This document shows, one piece after another, positions 22,067-31,704 of a DNA stretch of 64,000 bases. The notes beneath the pieces were generated by a model. The model saw only the letters and a program-made list of their open reading frames with translations, did no database searches and was not told the DNA's origin. The stretch lies in the NCBI GenBank assembly GCA_039811685.1, contig JBDHZC010000004.1:64001-128000 (forward strand), in the 5' to 3' direction. The stretch is from Armatimonadota bacterium. Lineage in GTDB: Bacteria > Armatimonadota > UBA5829 > DSUL01. The stretch's first letter is position 1, and the number at the start of each line of letters is the position of its first letter. Position numbers and translations under genes: made by a program.

Positions 22067-22115
22067 TTTTACTTCTCAGAACCCTCTGCGCTCCCGTAGC
22101 GTTTAGTGAGTAGCT

Positions 22116-23255
22116 ATGCATACGCTGCGAAGAGCTATTCTGACCATAGGGGCGCTTGTCCTGGCGATACCGGGTGCGTTGCTGCATCCGGCTTCTGCCG
22201 ATTCACAGCCCTGGACCTTCCAGCGCATTCAGAACTACCCATTTGCTTCTGACTATGATCTGAAGAAGGTAAATTCTGCCTGCAGCCACCTGCGCCAACA
22301 GCTATCCACACAGCTCGGCAACAAACAGACTCCCGAGCGCAAAAGCGCCCAAGCGTTTCTGGACGAAGTGCAAGCGTTCACGGACACCAGCAATCGCCCG
22401 GGAGAAGCGTACTCCATTGAAGACTTTGCGACCTCCGAGGACAAGGCGATTGTGCGATTGCGGGATGAAGTCAAGCTCAGTCCACCTCCGGGCGGAGCCA
22501 TCCTGCGCCTGTATGACCGCAAAGAGACTATGCCGCACTCGATCCGGGCTCTCTTCCCGGAGGGAACTGGTGGGGTTACGCGCTGGCGCCGCTACTGTGC
22601 TGTCTGGGCTGGTGATAAGTCTGAGCAGGAAATCGCAGACACCTCATCGCACGAGTTAGCGCACGCTTATATCGCGTCCTGTCTCGGGGACGATGCCGGG
22701 AGACTGCCGCGGTGGTTTCACGAAGGCGCTGCACTGTACCTGAGCGAAGGCAAAGAGCAGTACTATACCTCAACGGAGAACCAGTCCCGGCTTTCCTACG
22801 CTCCGCGCGACTACAACGAGTATCGCCTCGTTTTCGCCTATATGGCGCAGAAATATGGCGCACCAGCCGTCGCCAGATTCATCCGAAGCTCCGTACTGCG
22901 CAAGTCGGTCGCAGAACCGCTCCAGACTATTACAGACTACACAGATTATGCGGACCTTCGGGCGGACGCACTCGCCTGGTCTCAGCGTCAGAAGCGCGGT
23001 TATGCGCTGGCTGCAGTTGGCCTCGTTGTGGGTGGAAGCGCATTTTTCTGGATCATCGGCAGACGAAGAAGCCGCCGCATCGAACGCGCTCTGGCGCTGG
23101 TGGAAGAGGCGCGAGTGCTGGCGCGGACGGGTTTGACGGCACAGGCGCTTGAGAACTTGTCGCTTGCCCGCAGAGTTGAGCCGTATGCGGCGTCTGTCAG
23201 GCTGGCTGTGCAACTTGCGGAGCGCGAAATCGGCTTAACGCAGCGATTTGCCTGA
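22116..23255 (+). CDS. Membrane-anchored gluzincin-like metallopeptidase (peptidase MA-like)
   Basis: Signal peptide; SHELAHAY (HExxH) plus LPRWFHEGAA third ligand; C-terminal TM helix, RRRSRR and a TPR-like tail. Confidence 0.65.
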   Translation: MHTLRRAILTIGALVLAIPGALLHPASADSQPWTFQRIQNYPFASDYDLKKVNSACSHLRQQLSTQLGNKQTPERKSAQAFLDEVQAFTDTSNRPGEAYSIEDFATSEDKAIVRLRDEVKLSPPPGGAILRLYDRKETMPHSIRALFPEGTGGVTRWRRYCAVWAGDKSEQEIADTSSHELAHAYIASCLGDDAGRLPRWFHEGAALYLSEGKEQYYTSTENQSRLSYAPRDYNEYRLVFAYMAQKYGAPAVARFIRSSVLRKSVAEPLQTITDYTDYADLRADALAWSQRQKRGYALAAVGLVVGGSAFFWIIGRRRSRRIERALALVEEARVLARTGLTAQALENLSLARRVEPYAASVRLAVQLAEREIGLTQRFA

Positions 23256-24597
23256 TCCGCCTTCCTTGCTTATCGCACCTGCGGCAGCCTCTGGCACAAG
23301 TGTGAAACGCTCCGCCGCAGTGCGCTTGCGGTCGTACAGGAGGAGGTCGTTCACCATGGGCGTCACTTCGAGACAGGCGCTCTTTGCATCCGTCTTGCCA
23401 AGAATCGCCAGGGAAATGAAGTTCGTTATGATGTCGTTCATCTCTCGCATAGAGTAGGTATTCGGGAGCGTGCGCCCGTAGCTGATCGCATCCACAAAGA
23501 CCTTGCGGTGTGACGGTGGGCCGGGCTGATTCAGAAACGCCCCGGATTCTGCGATGGACCTGCGGCTCGGGATGATCTGATTTTCCACAGCCCAGCGCGC
23601 CTGCATATAGGGGCCAGTCAGAAATTTCACAAGCTCCCAGGATTCCTGTTTGTGCCTGGAGCCCGAAATCATAGCAAACGCCGATCCGCCCAGAAAGCTG
23701 GCCCGCTTCTTGCCTCTGGGTAAAGGGGGCCACGTCCCAGTCGAACGTAGTTACGCGGTCTTTGAACATCATCGCTGCCGCCCAGCTTCCAGAGTGAAAC
23801 ATCCCCAGACGCCCCATTACCCAAAGCCCAAGCTGACCAACGTCTGCTGTGTCAGCGGGACTCGGAGCGACATGCCATTTCTGGCGCAGGTCAGTCATCC
23901 ACTGCAGAGCGTCGTAGGCGGAGGGCTCATCCAGCGTGCACTTCGTATTGCTTGCGTTGAGGATTTCGCCTCCGTTCTGCCACACATACGCCTGCCAGAA
24001 CCCATCTACTGTTGATCCCCACTGATCAATTTGTCCGTCACCGTCCGTGTCCTTTGTAAGCCGCCGGGCAACCTGCAGGTACTTGTCCCAATCCCACGAT
24101 GCATCGGGGTAGGGGATGTGGGCTTTGTCGAACATCTTCTTGTTGTAGTAAAGCCCGTAGAGATCCAGATCAGTTGGAAGCGCATAGACTCTGCCCGAGT
24201 AGCGTCCCCAACCGTCCAGTGCTACGTCGTAAAAGTCAGGAAGATCGAAAGTCTTGTCTTGCGTTATGAACGGGTCCAGGTCTTCAAGCACGCCCTTAGC
24301 GGCCAGCGGGTAGAACCAGAGTGAGCTGACGCGAGAGACATCCGGCGCGCGTCCGCCCGCGAAAGAGATCAGCAGCTTGTCAAAAACGCGGGCGTGGGGT
24401 GTTATTTCAAGCTTCACCCGGATATTAGGGTGCGTCTTGTAAAAGCGCTCTAACGAGTCGTTGATGGACGCTTCATCCTTGGGCGTACCCCACAAAACCA
24501 GTCGCAGGGTTACGATCTTGCTTTGTGGCGCTCGGGCGCACCCGCCGAATACGGCAGCGCTGAGTATAACAGTCAGAAGGCCAATCCAGCGTCTCAC
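23235..24597 (-). pseudogene. Sugar ABC solute-binding lipoprotein with a single frameshift near 23725-23729
   Basis: Lipobox FGGC and family-1 SBP motifs (LYYNKKMFDKA..YP..SWDWD); after WDVAP the SBP-like sequence LPRGKKRASFLGGSAFAMISGSRHKQESWELVKFL continues in the +1 frame to a stop at 23235. Confidence 0.75.
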
Positions 24598-25553
24598 TTC
24601 GACCAGTCCTTCTTCATCAACGAAAACCGTCGGCTCTCTCGAAAGCCGACCTCGGAATACAGCCTGGCGGCAGTGTCATCTGTCCACATGAAGTACGCTG
24701 CATACAGGCCTTGCGCGCGCATGTCCTCAATCGTCTGCGCCAGCAGGGCCGCGCCAATACCGCGCCCGCGCACTGCGCGAGCAGTTCCGAACGGGCCGAA
24801 TCTTTCGCCATCGTGATGCGTGAAGCCAACTACCTCTTCAGTTCCCTCGATCGCCACGCGCACCCGCCTGATCACGGAGTTTCCAGATGCAAGAGTCTGG
24901 TTGCAGACCTCCCGGACGTGGCGCTGCCAATCTCCGGGAAACTCTCTCAAGAGGAAGTCGAACAAGGCTGGGAGGACTTCGAGACTCGCGACTTCGAAGC
25001 GGACGCCTTCTTTCAGCAACTTCTCGTGCCGCTCGGTAATCCATGCCGGACGTACGTAGCTGATGAGCGGCGCATCCATAGACAATGGACGCATCGCCTC
25101 CACATAGCCGCGCCGGCTCAGAAACCCGAGCGCATCTGTGTAAGCGTTCACATCTACGCCGGGAGTCCACCAGTTCGGAGTGTACGGCCCGATCAGGGTC
25201 GCCTCCTTCTTCTCAGTCTGGAACCAGTTTTCGACGGCTTCAAACAGACGGGATCCAACTCCTCTGTGCTGATGCTCGGGGTGCACCGCAAACAGAGGTA
25301 TCCACGACCGCTTGCTGTCATCGGGCATGTCTTCTATCGGATGCTTTCTGATGTGGCCAACAACAAAACCGACGACGCCTGCCACAGGGTCTTCCGCCAC
25401 CAGGCATCCGCGCCGGTCGAAGTTTTGATCCAGGAAGACCTTTCGAGCGAAGCCCTCGGGCGTTACAGGGTCTGCCGGTAATGAAATTCTGGCAATTCTT
25501 ACTATTGCTCCCAGGTCTGCTCCGTCCATTCCCCGAATAGTGATCTGGCTCAT
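24594..25553 (-). CDS. Tandem GNAT N-acetyltransferase
   Basis: Two acetyl-CoA motifs: VHPEHQHRGVGSRL and RGRGIGAALL...ARLYSEVGF. Confidence 0.85.
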   Translation of the reverse strand: MSQITIRGMDGADLGAIVRIARISLPADPVTPEGFARKVFLDQNFDRRGCLVAEDPVAGVVGFVVGHIRKHPIEDMPDDSKRSWIPLFAVHPEHQHRGVGSRLFEAVENWFQTEKKEATLIGPYTPNWWTPGVDVNAYTDALGFLSRRGYVEAMRPLSMDAPLISYVRPAWITERHEKLLKEGVRFEVASLEVLPALFDFLLREFPGDWQRHVREVCNQTLASGNSVIRRVRVAIEGTEEVVGFTHHDGERFGPFGTARAVRGRGIGAALLAQTIEDMRAQGLYAAYFMWTDDTAARLYSEVGFRESRRFSLMKKDWSK

Positions 25554-26335
25554 TGCCCGGCTCCTCTCATGTGCGTGAACACTCTGAGTGCGTTGTCCGT
25601 GGTCTGCCGATCTATCTGCTCTTCAGTGCAGTCAAAGAGTTGTGCCAGCGCTGCAACGACATGCACTAAAAACGCAGGTTCGTTACGGCGGCCTCTGAAT
25701 GGATGTGGTGTCAGATAGGGCGCATCGGTCTCCAGAAGCAGACGGTCGAGAGGAACGCGGCTGATCAGCGCACGCAGGTCGTCAGCTTTCTTGAATGTCA
25801 CCATCCCCCCTACACCTATGAGCAGTCCCATCTCAAGAGCTCGCTGTAGCTGCACCTGTGATCCTGTGAAAGCGTGGAGAACGGCCCCCGCCTCCGGAAC
25901 GCCTTCTCCAACCAGTGTGTCCATGACCTCGTCCTCCGCCGCTCGGGAATGGATGGTGACTGGCAGGTTCAGTTGACGAGCAATCTGTATCTGAGCGCGA
26001 AAAGCTTCCCGCTGCACATCGCGCGGTGAAAAATTATAGTGGTAATCCAGTCCCATCTCCCCCACGGCGGCGACGCGCGGGTGAGCTCTCAGCTTCTCAA
26101 TCAGTAGCTGTCCCCAGTTCGCGTCCTCTCTAATGGCGGATGCGTCGTGCGGATGAACTCCCAGCGCAATCCAGATCAAAGGATGAGTCGCCATCTCTTC
26201 CGCGCGTTGTGAGGAAGCTCTGTCGTAGCCAGCGACAAGACACGCCTCCACACCGGCTTCCCGCGCGCGCTCCAGCGTCTCAACAACGTCATCGTTGAAC
26301 TGCGGATCGTTGAGATGACAGTGAGAGTCAATCAC
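25550..26335 (-). CDS. tatD: TatD family hydrolase/DNase
   Basis: IDSHCHL, GVHPH, GEMGLDY, LETDAPYL. Confidence 0.93.
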   Translation of the reverse strand: MIDSHCHLNDPQFNDDVVETLERAREAGVEACLVAGYDRASSQRAEEMATHPLIWIALGVHPHDASAIREDANWGQLLIEKLRAHPRVAAVGEMGLDYHYNFSPRDVQREAFRAQIQIARQLNLPVTIHSRAAEDEVMDTLVGEGVPEAGAVLHAFTGSQVQLQRALEMGLLIGVGGMVTFKKADDLRALISRVPLDRLLLETDAPYLTPHPFRGRRNEPAFLVHVVAALAQLFDCTEEQIDRQTTDNALRVFTHMRGAGQ

Positions 26336-26359
26336 TGGTGGTCTTCATCTGCGAGCGCA

Positions 26360-27148
26360 TCAGTCGACCAGGCTCAGCAGCCTGGTTTTCAAAAAGTCAT
26401 CAATGTAGAGGTTAACGAGATCGTGACGCTGAATGTGTGGGAAGTGCCCCGTATCCTCAACAACTTCCAGACACGAGTCCGGAGTTGCGCGTTGAATCAT
26501 CTGCGTCGCGGAGAGAAATGGCGGCCGGTCGTGCTGCCCGACAAGCGCCAGCAGCGGCATCCACAACTGCTCCAGCCACGGGCGGCTGTCAAAGTCTCGG
26601 ATCATTTTGATCCGGCTATGCACGCACGAAAGCGGGGTTTTTGCCGTCTGCATCGCCACCCAGTCCAGGAAACTATCCGGGTCAAACACAGGTTTGGGCC
26701 CAAGTCCGACAAATCGCGCCAGACGCGCCATAGCCCCCTCCGGATCGTTCTGGTGTCCGGACGACATATAGCGCAGAAGTTTGGCCTGCGATGGGTCTGG
26801 CGCTTTGGCGAATGTAGACAGCAGCACCAGCGCCGTTGTGCGCTCCGGGTGTAAGTACGCAAATTGCTGCGCGATCAGCCCGCCGAAAGAATGTCCAGCA
26901 ATGACGGCGCTTGCCAGGCGGAGGCTGTCCAGCAGTTTGGCCAGATCTTCCGCCAAGTCCTCGATTGTTTCACTGCCACTCGTCGTGCGAACGTCGTAGC
27001 TGATGACGCGATACCGATCGCTGAGTCCACGGAACTGAAACTCAAAGGACTCCTTGTACTCGGTAATGCCAGGGATGAAAACCATCGGGAGCCCCACACC
27101 GGTTTCCTGATAGGAAGCTTTCCATCCAGCGATATCGAGAGTGGGCAA
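26360..27148 (-). CDS. Alpha/beta hydrolase
   Basis: GHSFGG nucleophile elbow; C-terminal GHFPH. Confidence 0.87.
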   Translation of the reverse strand: MPTLDIAGWKASYQETGVGLPMVFIPGITEYKESFEFQFRGLSDRYRVISYDVRTTSGSETIEDLAEDLAKLLDSLRLASAVIAGHSFGGLIAQQFAYLHPERTTALVLLSTFAKAPDPSQAKLLRYMSSGHQNDPEGAMARLARFVGLGPKPVFDPDSFLDWVAMQTAKTPLSCVHSRIKMIRDFDSRPWLEQLWMPLLALVGQHDRPPFLSATQMIQRATPDSCLEVVEDTGHFPHIQRHDLVNLYIDDFLKTRLLSLVD

Positions 27149-27492
27149 AAGTGAATCTCCCTGCAGAAAGGTGGAGTGAGCCCGCGATGCAGTCTCACGA
27201 GTCTCGTCGATGTTACGCCAATGCCCGCCCCCATGTCAAATTGCGACCAGGCTGCGTGGCCGGTGCGGCAAGTGGGCACAGCCCAGATTGCCGTGCTGTA
27301 ACACGCTGGGTTCAAGACAGAACTTCCTGGATGGCAGTTTCGGAAGCACATACGTTCGATTCGACATTTTACGCCTCCTATTCTATACAGAGCAACCTCA
27401 TCAGTTGCCATAATTACCAATAGAGCCAATCCCGGCGTAAGTGCTAGTCCAACGGCTCAGCAGAAAAAAGAGAGGAATCCGCACCCCTCACC

Positions 27493-28419
27493 ATGTCCAC
27501 AGTTCTCGTTGTTGATGACAATGTAGATATTCGAAGACTCGCGAGCCTTAGTCTCAAAGGCGCTGGATATACGACAGTTGAAGCTGCCTCCGGATCGGAG
27601 GCGCTCAGCATCATAGCTGCCACACCGCCAGACCTGGTGGTACTGGACGTCATGATGCCAGGGATGACCGGTTTCGACGTTCTCAGGGAGCTTCGCGCTC
27701 GCCTGTGTCATCTGGATCTACCAGTAATATTCCTGACGGCGAAAACCGACATCAGCGACAAGGAGCAAGGGTTTGAGCTTGGCGCGGAAGATTATCTCAC
27801 CAAGCCTTTCACCCCCAAAGAGCTTGTGTTGAGGGTAAAAGCGCAACTGCGGCTGAAAAGTGAAGGCGACAAGCTGCGCGACGACGTCCGCAGGCAGGAA
27901 CAGCTTTCATGCACTGACGAATTGACGCAAGCCTACAACAGACGTCATCTGCTCCAGAGGATGAAAGAGGAACTGGCGGAAGCTGTGCGCCACGAGCGCT
28001 CCGTATCCTTCATCATGCTGGACATTGATCACTTCAAGCAGATAAATGACACCTACGGACATCTGGCAGGCGATGACATTCTGAGACAATTGGCCGATCT
28101 GGCGCGCGGTCACATTCGCCAGGAAGACATTCTTGCGCGCTATGGAGGTGAGGAGTTCGGTATATTGCTGCCCACTACTCAAGCGCAGACGGCGGCTTTC
28201 ACTGCAGAGCGCATACGCTCAGTCGTTCAAGGCAACAAGTTCACTTCTGGCCAGCTGGTTATACGTGTCACCGCGAGTATAGGAGTCGCGGGCTTTCCCG
28301 CCGACCCTGTCACCACCAGCGACGAACTGATCGAACTGGCGGACAAGCGCCTGTACATGGCCAAACATACGGGCAGAAATCAGGTAGTGGGCCCAGAGAA
28401 CTGGCAGAGCGCCGCGTAA
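27493..28419 (+). CDS. Response regulator-diguanylate cyclase (REC-GGDEF, WspR/PleD-like)
   Basis: REC domain (VVDDN, LDVMMPGM, YLTKPF); DIDHFKQINDTYGH, RQED I-site, intact GGEEF. Confidence 0.93.
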   Translation: MSTVLVVDDNVDIRRLASLSLKGAGYTTVEAASGSEALSIIAATPPDLVVLDVMMPGMTGFDVLRELRARLCHLDLPVIFLTAKTDISDKEQGFELGAEDYLTKPFTPKELVLRVKAQLRLKSEGDKLRDDVRRQEQLSCTDELTQAYNRRHLLQRMKEELAEAVRHERSVSFIMLDIDHFKQINDTYGHLAGDDILRQLADLARGHIRQEDILARYGGEEFGILLPTTQAQTAAFTAERIRSVVQGNKFTSGQLVIRVTASIGVAGFPADPVTTSDELIELADKRLYMAKHTGRNQVVGPENWQSAA

Positions 28420-28453
28420 GCTGGAATCAAGAGATTCTCGGAGCAGCAGAATC

Positions 28454-28490
28454 AGAAGGCGCTGAGGGGATGGGAAGCCTCAGCGCCTTC
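28454..28490. terminator. Hairpin between convergent genes (probable bidirectional terminator)
   Basis: Perfect 14-bp inverted repeat AGAAGGCGCTGAGG / CCTCAGCGCCTTCT. Confidence 0.7.
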
Positions 28491-28494
28491 TCTG

Positions 28495-29829
28495 TCAAGG
28501 CGTGTGAAGAACCCTCACGTCATCCTTGTCCGCAGCGTGCAGCGCTGGTCCGCCAGCGCCCACGCGTACCGGCGCGGTCACGCTTACCAGCGCTCCGACA
28601 GGCGGCATATCGTCCTGCGTCAGGACAGTTGCTGTGGAGCCATCCTCACCCGCGATCTGGAACCGGCCGGCCTCCAGCGCGGACACATGTCCCCATGTCC
28701 TCACAAACAGCCCGTCAAGTCCCAGACCAACGGATGGGTTAAGATGGCGCAATGACACAGTTAGCGCTTTGGGTTTCTGGGCTGTGTCCAGCACATCGTA
28801 GAAGAAGACTTCTATCTGTGATCCGTCCGCTGTGTGGCGCAACTTTCCGGTCACCCGGAGCCTTGCTCCCACTTCTACTGCGTCCATACCCGTTGCAAAC
28901 AGGCCGCTTGACCTGTCTGGCGCCTGGAGAAAGACGCCTCCGGGATAAACCCCCGTGACGATTGCCTGTGCTATTCGCACGATGCGCTCGTTCTCTTCGT
29001 GTCGCGCTTCACCGAGAGACTGTTCCGCTGGCATAACCGCCGCGGCAGCGTCAATGTCTGCTGACAGCTCGCCTGAGACTCCTGCAAAGTCGCCGGTCTT
29101 TGCGTCGGTCAGGCGGACATACTTCACCCAGTCCAGATGCGCCGGTATGACCTGTCCGCCACCGTCCAGCGCCGGAACTCCCGGAGCCGTCTCCACAACA
29201 GCCCACGCGATATCCATCGCGTCGCCGCCTCCAGAGCCTTCGTCAATCAACAGACTCGCCGGATCGTCTGCAAAGCTCGGCCGGTCGGGAACCGTATAGA
29301 ATTCCTCCGGGCGCACACCAGGCGGCAGCGGAAGTGTCGGTGTGTATTCAGCGTACCCTCGCAGAATCGTCGAAGACATTCCGATGTCCGGGTTTGGTGT
29401 GGGTGGGCTTTTCAGTGCGGCGGGCAGGATATTCGGCAGGATCAGATACCAGTTGACGCCGTCCTGGCTGACTTCCACGAACGCCGGCTCCTGCCACCGG
29501 ATGGCCGGGTCTCCGCCGCGCCAGAAGGCGTTTGAGAACACGATGAAGTCCAGTCCATGCGGGTTGCGGCCATCATCATAGATCGGATCATCAAACTGCA
29601 GGACCACATTCCCGCCATCACCCAGCGTAACCACCGAGTCCGGGCTGGGAGCCTCCACTGAGACTCCCACCGGCGGACCCAGCAGCCGCGCCGGGTTGCG
29701 GAACTCACCCTGCGACTGTCCCGGTCCCGGATTGTAAGAAGAGACCGCATCCACCCACGGCCAGGCAAGCAGCGGTTGCGCTGTCAGAAGCGCTCCGATC
29801 GCCGTCAGAAAGGCAGAAAGCCTTCTCAT
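28495..29829 (-). CDS. Secreted/surface protein, third gene of the B12-riboswitch operon; N-domain resembles B12-locus surface proteins, C-terminal OB-fold-like domain
   Basis: Signal peptide; YNPGPGQ..VTLGDGG.VVLQFD..I.D..DFIVFSNAF..EPAFVEVSQDG..WY pattern; starts 1 nt after the PEP-CTERM gene stop. Confidence 0.75.
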   Translation of the reverse strand: MRRLSAFLTAIGALLTAQPLLAWPWVDAVSSYNPGPGQSQGEFRNPARLLGPPVGVSVEAPSPDSVVTLGDGGNVVLQFDDPIYDDGRNPHGLDFIVFSNAFWRGGDPAIRWQEPAFVEVSQDGVNWYLILPNILPAALKSPPTPNPDIGMSSTILRGYAEYTPTLPLPPGVRPEEFYTVPDRPSFADDPASLLIDEGSGGGDAMDIAWAVVETAPGVPALDGGGQVIPAHLDWVKYVRLTDAKTGDFAGVSGELSADIDAAAAVMPAEQSLGEARHEENERIVRIAQAIVTGVYPGGVFLQAPDRSSGLFATGMDAVEVGARLRVTGKLRHTADGSQIEVFFYDVLDTAQKPKALTVSLRHLNPSVGLGLDGLFVRTWGHVSALEAGRFQIAGEDGSTATVLTQDDMPPVGALVSVTAPVRVGAGGPALHAADKDDVRVLHTP

Positions 29830-29830
29830 C

Positions 29831-30388
29831 TCAGCCCCGCTTTCGCAGCATCGCGATCACGCCCGTACCTACCGACAGAAGCGCGACGACCGAGGATGGC
29901 TCGGGAACGGGATTTGTGGGCACACGCGGAGCCACCGCGTCCGTCGTGAAGCTCGGGACAAAGCTCCATCCATCCCAGCTCCCATCCGAAAGAACTCTCT
30001 GTCCCGCTCCAACCTGTGAGTAGTTCCAGGCCGCCCCGTCATCGCTCAGCCAGTACGACCAGTAGGTGCCAAAGGTCCCTGTCACGGGCATGGGCGGATA
30101 AGCAAACGTGTCCACAAAAATGGATCCACCGCCATAGTCGCTGAGCCCGATGTCCAAGCCGGGTACCCCCGCGTCCAGGTCAGTCAGCATATCCGCTGCG
30201 GTTTTGGCGCCGTCATAGTGATAGGTGAACGCGAAATTGTACGTTCCCGAGTCAATCACCAGATAGCTCGTGTTAGCGCCGTTCCCGGCCGAGCCGCTGA
30301 AGAGCACGTCACCGGCATAGACCCGGTTTACCAGGGACATAGCGGCCACCGCGGCAGTCGCTGCTAGCAGGATTCTTGAGATTCTCAT
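29831..30388 (-). CDS. PEP-CTERM surface protein with a putative cobalamin-binding (transcobalamin beta/DUF4430-like) domain
   Basis: GGGAG RBS; signal peptide; YWSYW..WNYSQVGAGQRVLSDGSWDGWSF; C-terminal VPEPSS, TM helix and RKRG. Confidence 0.85.
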   Translation of the reverse strand: MRISRILLAATAAVAAMSLVNRVYAGDVLFSGSAGNGANTSYLVIDSGTYNFAFTYHYDGAKTAADMLTDLDAGVPGLDIGLSDYGGGSIFVDTFAYPPMPVTGTFGTYWSYWLSDDGAAWNYSQVGAGQRVLSDGSWDGWSFVPSFTTDAVAPRVPTNPVPEPSSVVALLSVGTGVIAMLRKRG

Positions 30389-30457
30389 TTGATTTCTCCC
30401 TTGTTGTCTGTATGCGCGGATGCGCGTATTAGCCCGGAGCGGCCACGTCAGGCAGCC

Positions 30458-31414
30458 TTACTCCAGGTCAAACAGGCTGTTATTCTTCGGTCCGAACCAC
30501 CCGATATGCGCGCTTGCGTTGTTCGCGCCGTAGGGGTTGTTGTCGTCGGTGAAGCTCATCTTCTCAGAGGAAACGTGACCATCACACCACGCGACGGTCG
30601 CGCATCCTGAATGGCGAAAGTGGGCGCTTGGATTCGGGCTGTAGGGCAGGGGGCCATCCGGGCTGGCGTAGAAGGGCGGCTCGACGAAGGAGTACTCATA
30701 GATGCGATTCGCCGCGCTTTGCGCAACGCCGGTATCCGCCAGCAGGACCGTATTGGCCGGATCAGCGACTTCAGATACCTTGGCGGTCTGAGTAGAGGCG
30801 CGTGGGTCTCCATAGGAGAACTTCTGATAGCTGGCGCCAATGCAGGTGTTGTTATAACCGTAGCCACCGCAACCGGCTTCGAAATTGTTCTTTCCTCCGG
30901 ATGCTGACGAAGGCATGCTCCTGCAGGTCTTGATGCCGCGGGACTTTCCGAGGTACGCCCACAGCGGCCCCTTCTCCGGTTCAAAGGCCTGCGCTGGACT
31001 TTGCCGGACGCCGTGCCAGCGAATCAGGCCTCCACCGGGGCCGCTGATGTCCGGAGCGCCGGGTACAAAGCGCCCACCGTTGTCATCAGCATACTGCAGC
31101 ATCGCCAGAGCCAGTTGATGGAGATTTGAGGAGCAGTCCGCGCGCTCAGCAGCCGCTCTGGCTCTTGCAAGTACCGGGAAGAGCATCGCAGCAAGGATCG
31201 CGATGATCGCAATCACAACCAGCAGCTCTATCAGCGTGAAGCCCGATCTACGCCGGGTCGCGCAAGGGTTTGCACCGGCCCCACGCGTGCACTTCGTTTG
31301 TGGAAAACTTATGTCGTTGTCTGGCTCTGAAAGGAGTGCGGTACACAAAAATACCCGCATCCTGGAGCAGAGCGGGTTAGAAACGCAGCATAGACCGCGT
31401 TGTCGCCTCGCCAT
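30458..31414 (-). CDS. Type IV pilin-like protein (prepilin N-methylation motif, DUF1559-like, H-X9-DG C-terminal motif)
   Basis: [31 protein letters not shown]...CSSNLHQL; C-terminal [25 protein letters not shown] 6 nt before ATG 31414. Confidence 0.9.
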   Translation of the reverse strand: MARRQRGLCCVSNPLCSRMRVFLCTALLSEPDNDISFPQTKCTRGAGANPCATRRRSGFTLIELLVVIAIIAILAAMLFPVLARARAAAERADCSSNLHQLALAMLQYADDNGGRFVPGAPDISGPGGGLIRWHGVRQSPAQAFEPEKGPLWAYLGKSRGIKTCRSMPSSASGGKNNFEAGCGGYGYNNTCIGASYQKFSYGDPRASTQTAKVSEVADPANTVLLADTGVAQSAANRIYEYSFVEPPFYASPDGPLPYSPNPSAHFRHSGCATVAWCDGHVSSEKMSFTDDNNPYGANNASAHIGWFGPKNNSLFDLE

Positions 31415-31487
31415 CTTTGCCTCCGAAGACGTGCTGAGTAAAAGGTCTCCGGCTTGCGTACAAAGTGACCGGAAACCCGGCGGTCAA

Positions 31488-31690
31488 GGCAGGTCTTCTG
31501 GCTCTCGGATCAATCGCATCTCACGCCTTCCCGCTCCGGCGTCTCCCGGAACAGTGGCTTGTCGTCTGCTGAAGCAGACCGGTGATCAGCGTCCCCGATT
31601 ACAGCGGCGGGCCCGCGATGGATTTGCACCATCTTCCCTTTTCAACCGCGTGCCTTAACAGCGCGCAGTCGCCTTAACCGCAGTTGATTT
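31488..31690 (-). ncRNA. Cobalamin (B12) riboswitch
   Basis: Minus strand carries the conserved blocks in order: AAAAGGGAAGATGGTGCAAATCCATCGCGGGCCCGCCGCTGTAA, CCACTG..GGGAAGG, and the B12 box GAGCCAGAAGACCTGCC. Confidence 0.93.
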
Positions 31691-31704
31691 AGTTGTCTGG
31701 CTAA

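Noticed and set aside
23197..23720. C-terminal part of the 466-aa ORF-track protein as genuine sequence
   Set aside because: After WDVAP it loses SBP character and overlaps the convergent gene; the alternative frame carries the SBP-like sequence.
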